The notes beneath the pieces are model-generated. The model saw only the letters and a list, made by a program, of their open reading frames with translations. It was not told the DNA's origin and ran no database searches. The translations under genes were made by a program, and so were the position numbers. This document shows positions 51,501 to 64,000 of a stretch of 64,000 bases of DNA, one piece after another. The DNA comes from Blasia pusilla (taxonomy: Eukaryota): positions 30,938,001 to 31,002,000 of the forward strand of contig CM114271.1 in the NCBI GenBank assembly GCA_050084515.1, given 5' to 3'. The number at the start of each line of letters is the position of its first letter. Position 1 is the stretch's first letter.

Positions 51501-52399
51501 TCTGAGCTTGCTTGAGGACCGAAAAGAAATAGTCGAATGCAGCGCTCGTCAAAATTTGAGAGCCTGCACTCTCATATATGCCTCTCAATTACTTCCATTT
51601 ATTTTTGAAAGTAGTATTTAGCCAACAATGATGCAGAATGCCGACATGTTATTCAAGCTATCACGCAACAATTTCCTGTTCATATCTCTCTACATACTAC
51701 ATTCGAACCCTTAAAAATTTCACTCATTTTTTCTTCATTTGTACTTACACTCTTATGTGGATGCTTCGACTTCCAACTGAGGATCATCTATTCGTAGTTC
51801 AAATCCTACATTTTTGTTTATATTTATGAAATCCGGCATTGCAGGTTGTTAGTTTTCTGTACTAACATCTATGTGATTCACATTTTACAGGTCAAAACTA
51901 TAGAATCAGTCTCTTATGCTCTTGAGATATGTCATACATCCACTATCTTTGAAAAAGAAATCTCATTTATTCCCTGTTCATAGCTTCGGTTCCGGATGTG
52001 TCCTATCTTAATGTATTGTATATCTGTACTTTCATGGGGATTTGTTTAGCTTTAGGTCACTAATGTATCTTCTTGATCTTTCCATAGTCAACTTGGAAAA
52101 AACAATATTGATCCTAGCTACGGGTAGTAAACATATAGTATGCCAACCTACATATTATGCTTACCTATATTCGTGTACAACAAAGGATGAGTACTCTGCA
52201 CCATTGAAATAGGAACCCCATTAAAATTAACCTCTACAAAATTATTCACCCATTTCCATTACATTTGAAACTCTTGAAACTCTTAAGAGAGCCTTATTTT
52301 GTACTTTCAGTAGGAAGCTTATGCATGTATAAGAGGCACTGAAAGCTTACAATTTCAGAATATTCTCTTTCTTCAGTGATAACTAACTCACTTTTCTTA

Positions 52400-55300
52400 A
52401 AGCTGAAGAAAATGGTCAGAAGTAAAACTGCAAATAAGTCAGGTCTAGGCCAAAAGCCAACTAGGATTAAACTAGTAACATACAGCAAATCACAGATAAA
52501 GTTGACAAGAAAATCCTACATATTTGATAAAGATCAATAAGCCATACAAAGACAACTGAGCCAAAGAAAATTTGCAGATCGTAGAAAAAAATATTACCAA
52601 CCATATTGTAATGGATGGTCATTCGCACATAGCTACCTAGGTAAATAGAAGAAAATATGCTCCTCTACATTTAGAGATATGCAATGTTGTGGGTATTGTG
52701 GGAATGTTCTTTATGGTAATCAGCGAACAAAGATATGTCTAGTACACTCATCAACATATCCACCCTATGCACTATGTAATGGATTCCTTGAAGATTACAT
52801 CATAGCAAAACCAGAGCACTTCGACGTTTGTGATCTATGTACTGCAAACCAACCACACACTACCTTTAATGTATACATGACATTGTCTTACATTAGAAAC
52901 ATCCTTACTGTTGATCCGCTTGAGCTCCAACTTTTATCTATAGTAGACTCCAGGATAGGCATTGAGAACAAGTTCAATGGGTTTCATAAAGGTTTCTTCA
53001 CAATGACATCTCTTCTAGACTCTCCTCTTGTGGCCTTCAATTTTAGCAATTCTCTATCTATAGGTGGAATTTCAGTTTCAATAAATGTAAAAGATATCTT
53101 CAAAATCAATCTTCGGATAAATAGGTTATACAAAGACTTCAAAGCCTTAATAGAATTACCTAGTCCTTCCACTCGCCTTGCCATACTTCCATCTACGTCG
53201 GTCAATAGCATAATAAAACAATTTCAAGAAAAGGGTCAAGTAACTTTTAGTATGAGTTATGATCCTTACTAGCCTGACCTAAATATTTTGCAAGATGTAG
53301 CCTATACATTACTAGTTAGAAGGTGTGCATCTACTGATATCTATTACAACGGTAGTATAACACTACATGCATATGCATCCAGCTGAGATAGTTTGCTTAT
53401 TGATAACATAGGTAAATCTCTAGGCCCACTTCTTACTATAGAAACTGAACTCTTCCCATTTTTGTTTCCATACCTTGGGGGTTATTTTACTAGACAGTCT
53501 ACATTCCCGGAGTATCTACGCAACCGTTCTAAACAAGTATTTAGTCCTTTCTCCTTGTACAAACCTTATGGCTTGTTAATGCACCAGCTTCGCCAATCCA
53601 TTTCTCTATGTTCAAATAGTAGGACCTTTATATTGAATAGAGAATTAGACAACCTTAGAAAACAGAAATCCCATCTACATGAAGCAGAATTATATACTCA
53701 TCTCTCTAAATATTCTATAAGTCCCCAAATACAAAGGAGTCCATCTTGGCATAGAAGGCATTTAAAGGACTTAAAAAAGATGGTCCACAAATGGGGAATG
53801 CTCCATTTTTTCCTCACTTTAACATCTGATGAAATTTCAGAAACACGCTCACCTGAGTTTACAACTATGAAAACCTTGCTGAAAAACTTTAATCCCATTT
53901 TCAACTGGAAAAATTCTCCTACTGAGTGTGCGCAATTGTTTCATATAAGGTTGCATTCTTTTCTCAGTTGCTTTATTTTTAATGGCCCATGCTAACTTGG
54001 GAAAGTGGTTAATTATTTGCTACAATATGAGTTGCAAGGAAGAGGTAGTCTTCATTGTCATATGATTTTGTGGTTAGAACCCTCGAACGTAGACCAGGTA
54101 ACCTCTGAGATATGTACATACATACCAACAAAAACTAATGATATTCCAAAACCAAGTCTATCAGGTTCCTAGAGGGAGCCATTTGATACTTTACTATCAT
54201 TTGTGTTGAAGAAAAAATTACATAAATGCAAAGATGGTGTTTGTGTTGTGCGAAAAAACCAGAAAAAACCATATTGTCGTCTTGGTTTTCCATTACCTGT
54301 GAACCTTGAACTCAATCCCTTCATTGATCTAATGACAAAGAAATGGAATTACTATAGACCATCTCCTGAGCATCGTAATGTGGTTGCATACCATTTAGTC
54401 TGGAAGTATTGGTCATACTGATTTTACTTCTCTTGGGGGCTTATATGAATATTTAGTGTGTGACCAATACCGACTGGAGCTTTTATTTACTCAAGTATGC
54501 CCCTAAGTCCGAACCCACTGGCTCCTTGGACATTGACATATAAGAAGTTTCTTATATAAGAATGCCTCCATTCAATGTATTCATCCAGTAGTGCTCTATT
54601 CCAATAGACCCAAGTTTTGGAAGATCTAACCTTCATTGACTATTGGTCAAATTATCAATTGCTAAAAAATTATCCAAACCAACTTGCACCTTACATAGCT
54701 TTAGACAACCTAGGTAATATAGTCTCAAAGACTATCCGAGTAGCTAGATTTATTGAATTTCACCCGCTACATCAAACCAATGAATTTTTCAATGCAGTTC
54801 TTCTTTCGAATGTTTGCTTCCGTTCTGAAAGTACTCTATTATCCTCGAATGCAGTCAAGTGGACTTATATCCATGAATGCATTTTCAAGCAGATAGTGAA
54901 ATCAATTGATGATGTTTATAGTTTAGTTAAAGCACATGCCTTCAAGAACCTTTGGAGTCAGGTACATGTAGCAGAGATTCTTGCTAAAGTTCATGACCTT
55001 TTGCAACCTGAATATCATTGTCAGGTTTCATTGATATTAGAGATCTGATGTCGGTCCAATCTGCTCCACAATCACAACAATGTAAATTAGATATATCACA
55101 TCATAATGAACCTGACATAAGTGATCTGAACCCTGAACAATCTGAACTTTTTCATCTCTTCAAAAGCATGAAATCTCGTCTAGTACTACTCAAAGGTCCT
55201 CTTGGATGTGGGAAAACAGTTTTCATCACATTCATGATAACTATTGGAAATAAAAAAAGATGTCTCCAATTTTAACTGTAACAACAAGTATTGCAACTGT

Positions 55301-56400
55301 GAGACTTCGCAGTGATGCTACTAGTGTCCATTTGGCGTTTGCAATACCAATAAAAGGTGATCTTCCTTGTATGAATGTTGCATCTAATACCTATTTGAGA
55401 CTTAAGATATCTCAAGTTATAGTTATAGATGGGTGTTCCATGCTCACGCCTAAGTTACTTCAAATCATAGCCATGCGTTTAAATGAGGTATCATATTCAA
55501 CATCCCCTACTCCTTTTGGTGGCAAATTGGTAGTCTTGGTTGGAGACTTATGCCAATTACCACCAGTTTGTTTTCACAGATGTTTTGAATTCTGCAGAAA
55601 TTGTCACATCAACTCCTCTACATTCTTCGATGATATCTTTACTCTTGAACTTACCACTCCAATGAGACATGCTACACATCCATCGTATCTCTTGTTTCTA
55701 AACTCTATCAGGCTTTGCATTTCCACTCAGGATCAGATAAATGATTGTCTATCTTCTTGTTTTGTCCTCGAGTCTGATGCCATTGATTTTATTAACAATG
55801 ATAGAGTAATAGTTTGTACTCATTGCAAAGAAGTATAAATTTTCAATGTCTTAGCACTTAGAAGGCACTTTGGCGATGTGTCAATTATAGAAGTATATAT
55901 TATATCAGATGCCCCTCCAACACCTGAATTTATTTTCTGGTTACAAGATGAAGCATTTTACCAGTTGCCTTTTGTGGCCCTCCATTGCACAGTCATGTTA
56001 ACATCCATAATTAACTTGAGTATACAAGCTGCTAATAGATCCTTAGCAGAAGTTTCTGACCTTATTTACAAAGACACTGACATAGTATAGATTCAGGTTA
56101 GGATTCTGTCAAGTGGCAAGTTTGTTACCATACCTAAGAGAAAATTCGCAACATTGAGGTATGATTCGGATCGCAAATATGTTAAGAAAACTTTTCCTCT
56201 TATTCTTGGGTATGCCATGACTGCTCACAAAATTCAAGGCTTGATCAAATATAAGTGGACATTGTCTTCTCGTAATCAAATCTATTTTTGCACTTGGACT
56301 TACTTATGTTATGTTATCTAGGATTAAGAGTAGAAACCGGCTAAAAATGTTTGGCAAGTTGCAACTTGATGATTTTAAAGTGTTTGATACTGTCTAACAA
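52400..56400 (+). mobile_element. Helitron Rep-helicase pseudogene
   Basis: Rep motifs SPSW...FFLTLT, YELQGRGSLHCHMILW (HUH) and YLLKYAPK. PIF1-like helicase motifs GPLGCGKT, VIVIDG(E)CSM, PFGGKLVVLVGDLCQLPPV, FPLILGYAMTAHKIQG and YVMLSR. Many stops. Element termini not determined. Confidence 0.9.
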
Positions 56401-56437
56401 TACTCACAAACGCTGATTTTTTTCTACAAGAGTTATT

Positions 56438-57550
56438 ATGGCTTCTCGCAAAAATTCTCCAAGGACACACTCAAGTAGATTATCAAATCAGACTCACAAT
56501 CTTGTTGAGCAATCTCAAATTGGCAGAGAAGCATCTCTGCATCTACATGATGGAAATCCAAGAAACATCAACGCTTGTCCTCATCTACATCAATAAATCA
56601 GCAAAACCAAGCACCATCTGAGGTTTGTTATTTCTTTTCTTCTATTCTTCTTTCAATCCTTGCACTCCCTCACATTCTTTCTAACCTTGTGTTATCAGGT
56701 CCCTGTCAATTACCAAGACTTTGCACATATGAACTTAAACGACATAAACACTCTTCAAGAGGAAATCAGGCCAAGATACACAAGCTTGACAGAGAACCAG
56801 GATAATCTTGGTGTCATGCCAGCTTTTTGGGAACACGGCATCACTAGGAAAACAATTCAGACTTTCATTACAAAAGGGCAAGCATGGGATTCCAAATTCC
56901 AAAGAATTCACAAAGATGGATCCTCCTCACGTACAAATCAAAATTTCTTTCATGTAGTCTTCATTGGATATCTGAAAGAGCACTCAAGTTCTATAGATAT
57001 CCACTTGTATGGGAGTACTTCAACACTTTTGCGTGACTCTTATTTCTTATGTGTTTCAGGAATACAAAAAGAAGCTTTGAGATTCAGAAATTTTGATTTC
57101 AAAGAGTCATTACTAACAAGGAAGGATGCAACCCGCCTATTCAACCTGATCTCTAGGGCCATACGCATGGAGCAACTACGTATGCTTAGGCATGAAACGC
57201 ATTTGCCTATTGGCATGTTCCTAGATCTAACATTTGTGAAAGCAAGCCACTTGCTTGAGCGCATGAAAACGGCACGAGACAATGGCCAGTTACCCGAGTT
57301 TGTACCTCTTCCAATAGATTTAGATAACTCCCACAACTTTCCCTTGTTTCCTAACTTTAATGATGTAATCATTATATCTTCAACACCTGGAACAAGCAAC
57401 AAGCATACCGCAACATCTATTTTGCAAACTTGTTTGCAAGTCGTGTTAAAAATGAAACCTTCTCCACTCCATCAAGTGACAATTACGACACTGCTCCTAC
57501 TCTTGCATCGCCCAACAAGCGCAAATGCTCTTAACTTCCATCATTCGTAG
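56438..57550 (+). other. Unknown spliced ORF directly downstream of the Helitron helicase
   Basis: ATG at 56438, candidate GT..AG intron ~56623-56698, then a long open frame (ORF 56660-57550). No recognisable motif. Confidence 0.4.
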
Positions 57551-58969
57551 GTATTTACCCACACACTTCTTCACAGTATTTTTTCTTTGTGTAATTGATG
57601 CTACTTTATGTTCTGATATCCATTTCTTCTTTAGCTTAAACTCATATTTTCGCTGCCCTTTTTGTGCAGGCCTTTGTTGCTGCTTTAGATCAGATACCTA
57701 CTTCAGCATTAGCTATATATTTTAGCAGTTTTTTTGAACATATTCTACTTTATTTTTTGCATTCACCTATATCTATATCCAACACTTCCTACCATTTCTT
57801 CACATGGTTTTTACAATGCTGGAAAAACTAAAGGCATTTACATGTTTTTACTTCAAACTATGCACCAACACTTGGATTGATGGTTTTTTTAGTTATTGGA
57901 ATTCGGCTTTACCGAATTATTATTGTGTTTTTTCTTCTATGTAACAATGTGTTTTCTAATTTACTATGTGTTTTTTCATTCTTGTTCTTTGTCTTCTGAT
58001 TGTATACATGGGCAATTAAATATGCACCCCGATAATATAGTTTCTTTAACATTTCCATCTCATGTTCTTCATTTCTTTTTTTCCTTATTTCTCTTTTGCA
58101 TTTTGTTACTCTTCAATTTATCATGATTCTACTGTTTCTTAGGACTTACTTAAGTGTTTCTTTCCGTAACTCCAGAGAAGAAATTTACGTACGCGCCAAC
58201 CTGCATGACGTGGACCATTTCACCAAGTTGAGTCCACCACATCTCATCAGCGCTTCTATCACCATAGTAATGTTCATCTGTCATTGCAAGATCATGTGGA
58301 ACATTCATTAACGGATTTACCAGATGCCTACAAAGATTTTGTTCCTGCTGCACATACGGCTCAAAAGCAGATTTCAGCCTTATCAACTCTAGTTGATCTT
58401 CTCACTAATTTGCTCCAGAATGCACTACAAGATAATGAGAAAAATACTACTCATATAGCAGATTTGAAGACACAACTCAAGGAATGCAGAGCACAATTTT
58501 CTGATTTCTCCAAACAGTTTTAGCTTACAGTAGAATATTTTGGAACTCTATTGACTCTACATCTATGAGTCTACTTTACATGTAGGGTTGAACATTATCA
58601 AATCACTGCTGTATTTGCTTCAGGCTCACCATTGAAGATTCACTCTAGACGTTAGATTTGTAATCTCCAATCACCTCTGCCTTACAGTAGAGTAAGTTAG
58701 AGCTCTATTGAATCTTCATCTATGACTCTACTTTCCATTACGGATTTTACATCATGTTATGGTTACTGTATTTGCTTCATTACTACCATTGCAATTTCAC
58801 TCTTCAAGTTTGAATTCTATACTTCAAACAATTTTTCAATACAGAAAACTATTTTGGAACTTTACTACATGTCATCTTTGAGTCCAGAGATCTGGGATTT
58901 TCTTGAATGTTACTAATTCACGCTGCAACTTTACACGGCGAGTTTCCTACCATTCTTAAGCCACTATTT

Positions 58970-59245
58970 TCTTTTGCTGTTCAATCTTACTTACTTCACA
59001 GTATGTTCAGTTGTCAATCATCTTCAAACACACTCATTCACGTCTACATTAATCAATGATAAAACATTCCAAAGTTCTTATTCATTTATGCTCACTTTGA
59101 CATTTTTTCTTCTGCTGTTCAATCTTTCTTCACAGTGTTTTCTGTTGACAATCACCTTCAAACACACTCACTCATGTTTATTATAATCGATGATAAAACA
59201 ATCCAAAGTTCTTATTCATTTCAACTCACTTTGACATTTTTCTTA
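58970..59245. repeat. Imperfect tandem duplication, ~135-bp unit x2
   Basis: CTTCAAACACACTCA...GATAAAACA.TCCAAAGTTCTTATTCATTT...CTCACTTTGACATTTTT occurs twice in tandem. Confidence 0.8.
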
Positions 59246-60713
59246 CTTTTAGGTTCTCCCGCAGGTTTTTTGTGTGATTAATTGTAAGCAATTCATCCTA
59301 TTAAACGTATTGCATACATGTAATCAGCCAAAATATTCACCAACCCTTCATAAGAGACACTTCCTTCTTTATCTCTTTAGAAGGCACGATAGAACAAAAC
59401 TTCGAATTTACCATTCAACTTCCACATAACCGTACATGTACCTGTTCTTTTTCAAAATAACTACATAGACCCTACATCCAAAATAAATTACTGCATAAAT
59501 TTCTGAAATCCACCTCCACTACCATAAGAACATTACTATCTAATACCCTCATGATGACCTGTTTTCTAGCCTGCACCTATCTCCACTTTTTTTTGTCTTT
59601 TCCACATATTCAACTAGCTGCTTAGGCCCCATACTTGTTAGGAAATTTCATTTTACGAGGTGATCTGCTCATTTTACGTAACCGTACGAACTAAGTAGTC
59701 CGGAGTGAAGCTGGACGTTCAAGACGAAACCGGAAGTAAGGAGGTGCGTGTCTCCTCTGACACGCTGCACTCATAACTGTATAAAACCAAAAAAAGTATG
59801 GACTTGACGTGAATATTGTTTTGTATTGTTGTGTGCCTTTGAGTGTAACCTGAGACGCACTATTGCCCTACTATCACAGAACCCTAAAGCCTAGAGAGGA
59901 AGTGACTCGCGTAGGCCGTGAGTGAAATCTGGCCTTCGTATTCGACTCTGATGGTCAACTTTAAACTATGAACTTCCGTCGTCAACTTGCTGTAAGCAAT
60001 TCCAAGCAACAACAGAATCGCGACAAAACTCAAGAAAATGAAAACCTCCCCTTCTACGATCCTGATGGATGGCCACACAGCAAAAGAACTTCAAGTATCC
60101 AATTGAAGGTCACTGACATGAACAATGCAACTTCGCCCGTTATGATTCCCAGTTTCTCATGACAAACACATCCGTTTCATATAGTGCCAAGGAGCGTTGG
60201 CCATCATCCATTTGTTGATAACGTAGTCCCTGGGTAGACAAACTCATGTCACTGACAGAGGAAGGTCCTCTCATACTCTCCTTTCCTCGTTTTCCCAATT
60301 ATGTTTACACATTGACACTCAAATATCACCATTGATGAGATTGTAACGGTGATAGGCTGGCCGATTCATTTTGACATTCAGTCCTATTCGCAGTGCGGTT
60401 CCAGATTTCTTAGGATGCTCCACATAGAATGGAAGCCAACACTGCTCAAAAGTGGCATGGGCCTTCCTGCCCTCAGTACAGCTCAAAATTGACCTTGTGG
60501 TGGATGGTAGAGTTCAGTCTGATGGAAGAGCTTAAGGGTGTATCCCACTACTTTTTTCTGTGGCCCGAGCTTGATAACTTGGTGTAAAGTAAGCAAACTT
60601 CAGAAAGCGGAGAGACTACTTTCAGCTGTTTCACTGAGTGGTGTAGCTCTTTCCCAGTGACAATATGAACCATTCTTAGCTTGCTTGCCTCCGAACACTG
60701 TCAAATTAATGCA

Positions 60714-63103
60714 TCAGCTCTTGGCAGCCATGAGTCTGAGCCCTTTCTCCAAAGATTTTAAGTCCAAGCCTTCGACAACTTGAACTCCATGAACACCCAT
60801 TTTTGAAGCCTGTAAGCAAATTCAAATGCAGTGGGTAAGCACCCAATGAAATTCAGATCATGGTTAGGTAGAAGTGATAATCAGACACTCATAGTCACAA
60901 GAATTCTATAGAAAATTGTTTGCAGTTAAGTAACTGTTCTTTCACCCGGTAAGTCGCATGATGGAGGATGGAGTGGATGGATTTTGCTCCATTCAAAGAG
61001 GTCATTGCAGAGAAGTTGAAGACATATTGATAGCAAGTATCATTTATAATGCAACACAGTACTGAATTAACTACAGATCATTCTGACCACTCTGATGAAG
61101 ATGTGATAGCCATCTTAACATATGCAAACAAAGGCAGAAGTATTTGAGACTCACAGAATCAATGTTCTTCTGCTCATCATCAAAAAAGAGCATGGAGCTA
61201 TAAGGGATTCCTGATTTTTCCCTCAATGCTGTGAAGTGCTTGGTCTTGGAATAGAGGGTGAAGTAAATCTCCTGCAGAGTTCTCAGATACATGCGCAATC
61301 ATCCGTTTTTGGCCCTTGTGAATCATTTCAGAAGTACAAAACTCAGACCTCAACTGACAGAAAATGGAGATTCAAGATGGCGTAAACCCAATTAATAATG
61401 TGGCAAAGACAAGTGACAAAAGTTGGTCTCAAAAGGTAAATTGGGCTCTCTAGTGAGGTAGAGGGTAATTCAGCATTAGTCAGTCCAAGACGGAAGCTTT
61501 CAGGCATCAATGACTAACGAACTATACGAAAAAACCACTGATCTGCCTGATAGGCTGACTTCTCAACGTCTTGCATTTGCAATCAACTACTTTAAGAACA
61601 TAATGGTCTGAAAAATATATTAATTTCCGACCTACTAGAGTGTCTCAAATCTCACCAGATACGAAAAGTATTCCATAATCGAGAGCTTTTCCAAGAAGTT
61701 CAATGCCACTGCTATAGATGGTGTGCGAGACGCTACAGCCAAGGCAACCCTGCTGGCTGCCAAGGCTCTGATGATGTCAACGGATTGTGGATAGGCAGTT
61801 GGAGCAGAAAGCAGCGTCCTATATTGACTGCAGCATATGCGAATTGACTATTGTTGGTCAGAATAGATTGAAGGAGAGTAGCTCCTGAAACCATATAATG
61901 CAGGGCAAGTCTGTACTTTGCTTCATGAAACATGTGGAAAGTATTCAGCAACAGATGTGACTACGCATCCAAATATCATAATCCCCAGCTTGAATTTTGA
62001 TCTAACTGGGTAAGTACCCATGAAAGAGGACTACCAACCGTAATTTGAAAAGGTTCTATACGAGCTGATGACTTTGGTTTTAATGTTCTATCACCGGGTC
62101 TATTTGCACCCGTATTTTGGTCTTCAAAGTGCAGGCACAGGACGCATACGGGTCCGCTAGACTAGAATGGTGAGAACATTCCTTTCAATGTTAACAGTAT
62201 TTTCCGTCCCTTCTCCATTCAAGTCATCATAGATGAGGACCGATGTACAGACAGGTGGGGAGAATAAAAAACCTGTGGTAACTGTGCACCAACGTACAGC
62301 TCCCGTGCAGCATTGTTTAGCTTCCCAGTGAGTTATCGCACAACACCAACCATAATGTGAGCAATTTTCTCTGTGCTTATCCTCAAGAGTTCATCAGTCA
62401 GTCGACTTGTAGATATGGAACATTACGATAAGGAGAAAGAACTGGAGCATATGGGTGGGGCTAACACCAATAGCTAACAGAGTTGAAAACTTGGAACTTA
62501 ATTCTACCATGAAACCGCCCAAATATCTCAGGTATCCAATTTGCCTAACTCATGACACAACACCAGATTTGGTTTCTATTATCACTGGTTTTCTCATCTA
62601 CTTCAACATTACTAGGCTTTCACCCTAATTGCAGCCAAGAAAAGCTAGGGGAGACAAGCGTCACGAACTTGCACCGAGGGCCGTACGAAAGGAAGCAGGC
62701 ACGAATCGATAAAGATCGCGAATTTGAAGTTGACCTACTCCTGCGGAAGAGAATTGGCAACTATAGAGGAATAAGAGATGTCAGAGAGATGAAGAAGGTA
62801 CCAGTATAAGGGCCACATGGTGTAGTCCAAATCCACCGCTACCATCTTGGGCAAAACTGGAGCCCTTGCAAGCAACGCCACCGCGTCATCAAAACATCCG
62901 CGATTGCCATCCTCTCCATTTCCTTCCGAGCAATCCCGAGGCGCATTGACGGACAGTTGAGCCGAGAAAAGAATCGCTAGCCCGCCGCTGATCCTTGCAG
63001 CAGCCGGCAATTCCCACAGCAATCTTCGTCTACTCAGAAACTTTACGGACGAAAGCGACAGGAGCCCACGTCTCTGGAACCGGGCAGCTGCTTCTAGTGC
63101 CAT
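60714..63103 (-). CDS. MDP1: Magnesium-dependent phosphatase 1-like HAD phosphatase, ~228 aa; exons 63103-62802, 61827-61656, 61271-61155, 60809-60714
   Basis: HAD motif I LPKMVAVDLDYTMWP, motif II AVASRT, KTKHF...SGIPYSSMLFFDDE..NI, C-terminal MGV...V..GL...GL. All introns are GT..AG and in frame. Confidence 0.92.
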
Positions 63104-64000
63104 CCTCTCTCCACAGAAATCACAGTTCAATAACTTGACCCCTATCTCTTTCGACCCGTGCCCCTCATTATCCTCAGCCCGATCTCCTTCTGTTCTCCAA
63201 CGTTCACATCCCAATTCCCTCGCTGCAACTGCGGATTCTCCGCTTTCTCTTCTCTCCTGTTTCCACCCGCGCAATGCATCTTCCGCACACGCCAATTCAC
63301 CCTCCCTGCGACCAACCCCAGGGCCGCTCTATTTCTATTTCCTGCGTGCCACTGTAGAGGAACGACATGCATTCACAGGGTACGTGATCTGCAGCGATAA
63401 CGCCAGTAAGAAACGAGAACATTATTTTCCTACATCGAAGGTTTACAAAGTGGATTTCATGAAAGGTGATGAGCAAAATCTCGTTAGGAGAGGAATAAAG
63501 GGTGTGATTCAAAGAAATGAGATAATCTAGTGTGGCACCATTTTCTTATCATTATTATTATTGGAAATTTCTTTTTTATTTCCAAACACCTGTTTTTTTC
63601 ATGAGGCAACGGGGCCGCAAGAAAATATTTCACCCTCTACGAGCAGAAAGAAACAGATTTTGTGATTAGTTCCTTCACTCCCACTAGTAATATCATGAGA
63701 GGGGATTTTAATTTACTTTAGAAACTTTTACTCTTAAGAAAGGACACTCATTGAGGGGGTTAATATTTGTGATGTGTCTTATGGCATATTTAGGTATCTT
63801 GATGGTTGATGATGCCACTCGTGCAAGTTAGGCCAAGTGAGGTAACATTGTGTCACTAGTGAAAGTATCCTCTTTTGTTAGGCCTTTCTTTCATATAGTC
63901 ATACTTGGTTCGTATGGAGGAGGCTCTATATCATAGCTTATGAATTCGAGCTTACAATGTACTCTAGGTCCTTTATGACTAACTATAACCGGTTCGATAA

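Noticed and set aside
49800-51590. Possible gene fragments (Gln/Asn-rich, minus strand) upstream of the Helitron
   Set aside because: Frames are broken and no family could be recognised. Insufficient support for a call.

Overview
Eukaryotic nuclear DNA, most likely from a non-seed land plant (inferred from the gene and TE families; species not determinable). Three intact spliced host genes sit at the edges: a mitochondrial acyl carrier protein (+, 2506-3668), a large U-box/ARM E3 ligase of the PUB43/44 (SAUL1) type (-, 5366-9833) and a magnesium-dependent phosphatase-1-like gene (-, 60714-63103). Between them is a ~47 kb TE block: a CRE-like non-LTR remnant with a solo LTR, three hAT-type MITEs, Copia and Harbinger remnants, a young chromovirus and a Helitron. 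The highlight is a Ty3/Gypsy-like family present as two large copies (element A 22975-37475, element B 40528-48020, both minus strand) plus a remnant (~18045-18850). Its polyprotein reads Gag-protease-C5 DNA methyltransferase-RT-RNaseH-DDE integrase-PHD finger. Instead of two ordinary LTRs it has split direct repeats (A1...ORFs...B1-A2-B2), with an internal end-to-end junction CA-NN-TG, a polypurine tract before B1 and a probable self-priming site after A1. This layout is what would result if a two-LTR circle were opened at an att site inside the LTR, suggesting an unusual circle-based integration route for a DDE-integrase retroelement that carries its own chromatin reader and DNA methylation writer. 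The mechanism is inference; the repeats and motifs are seen directly.
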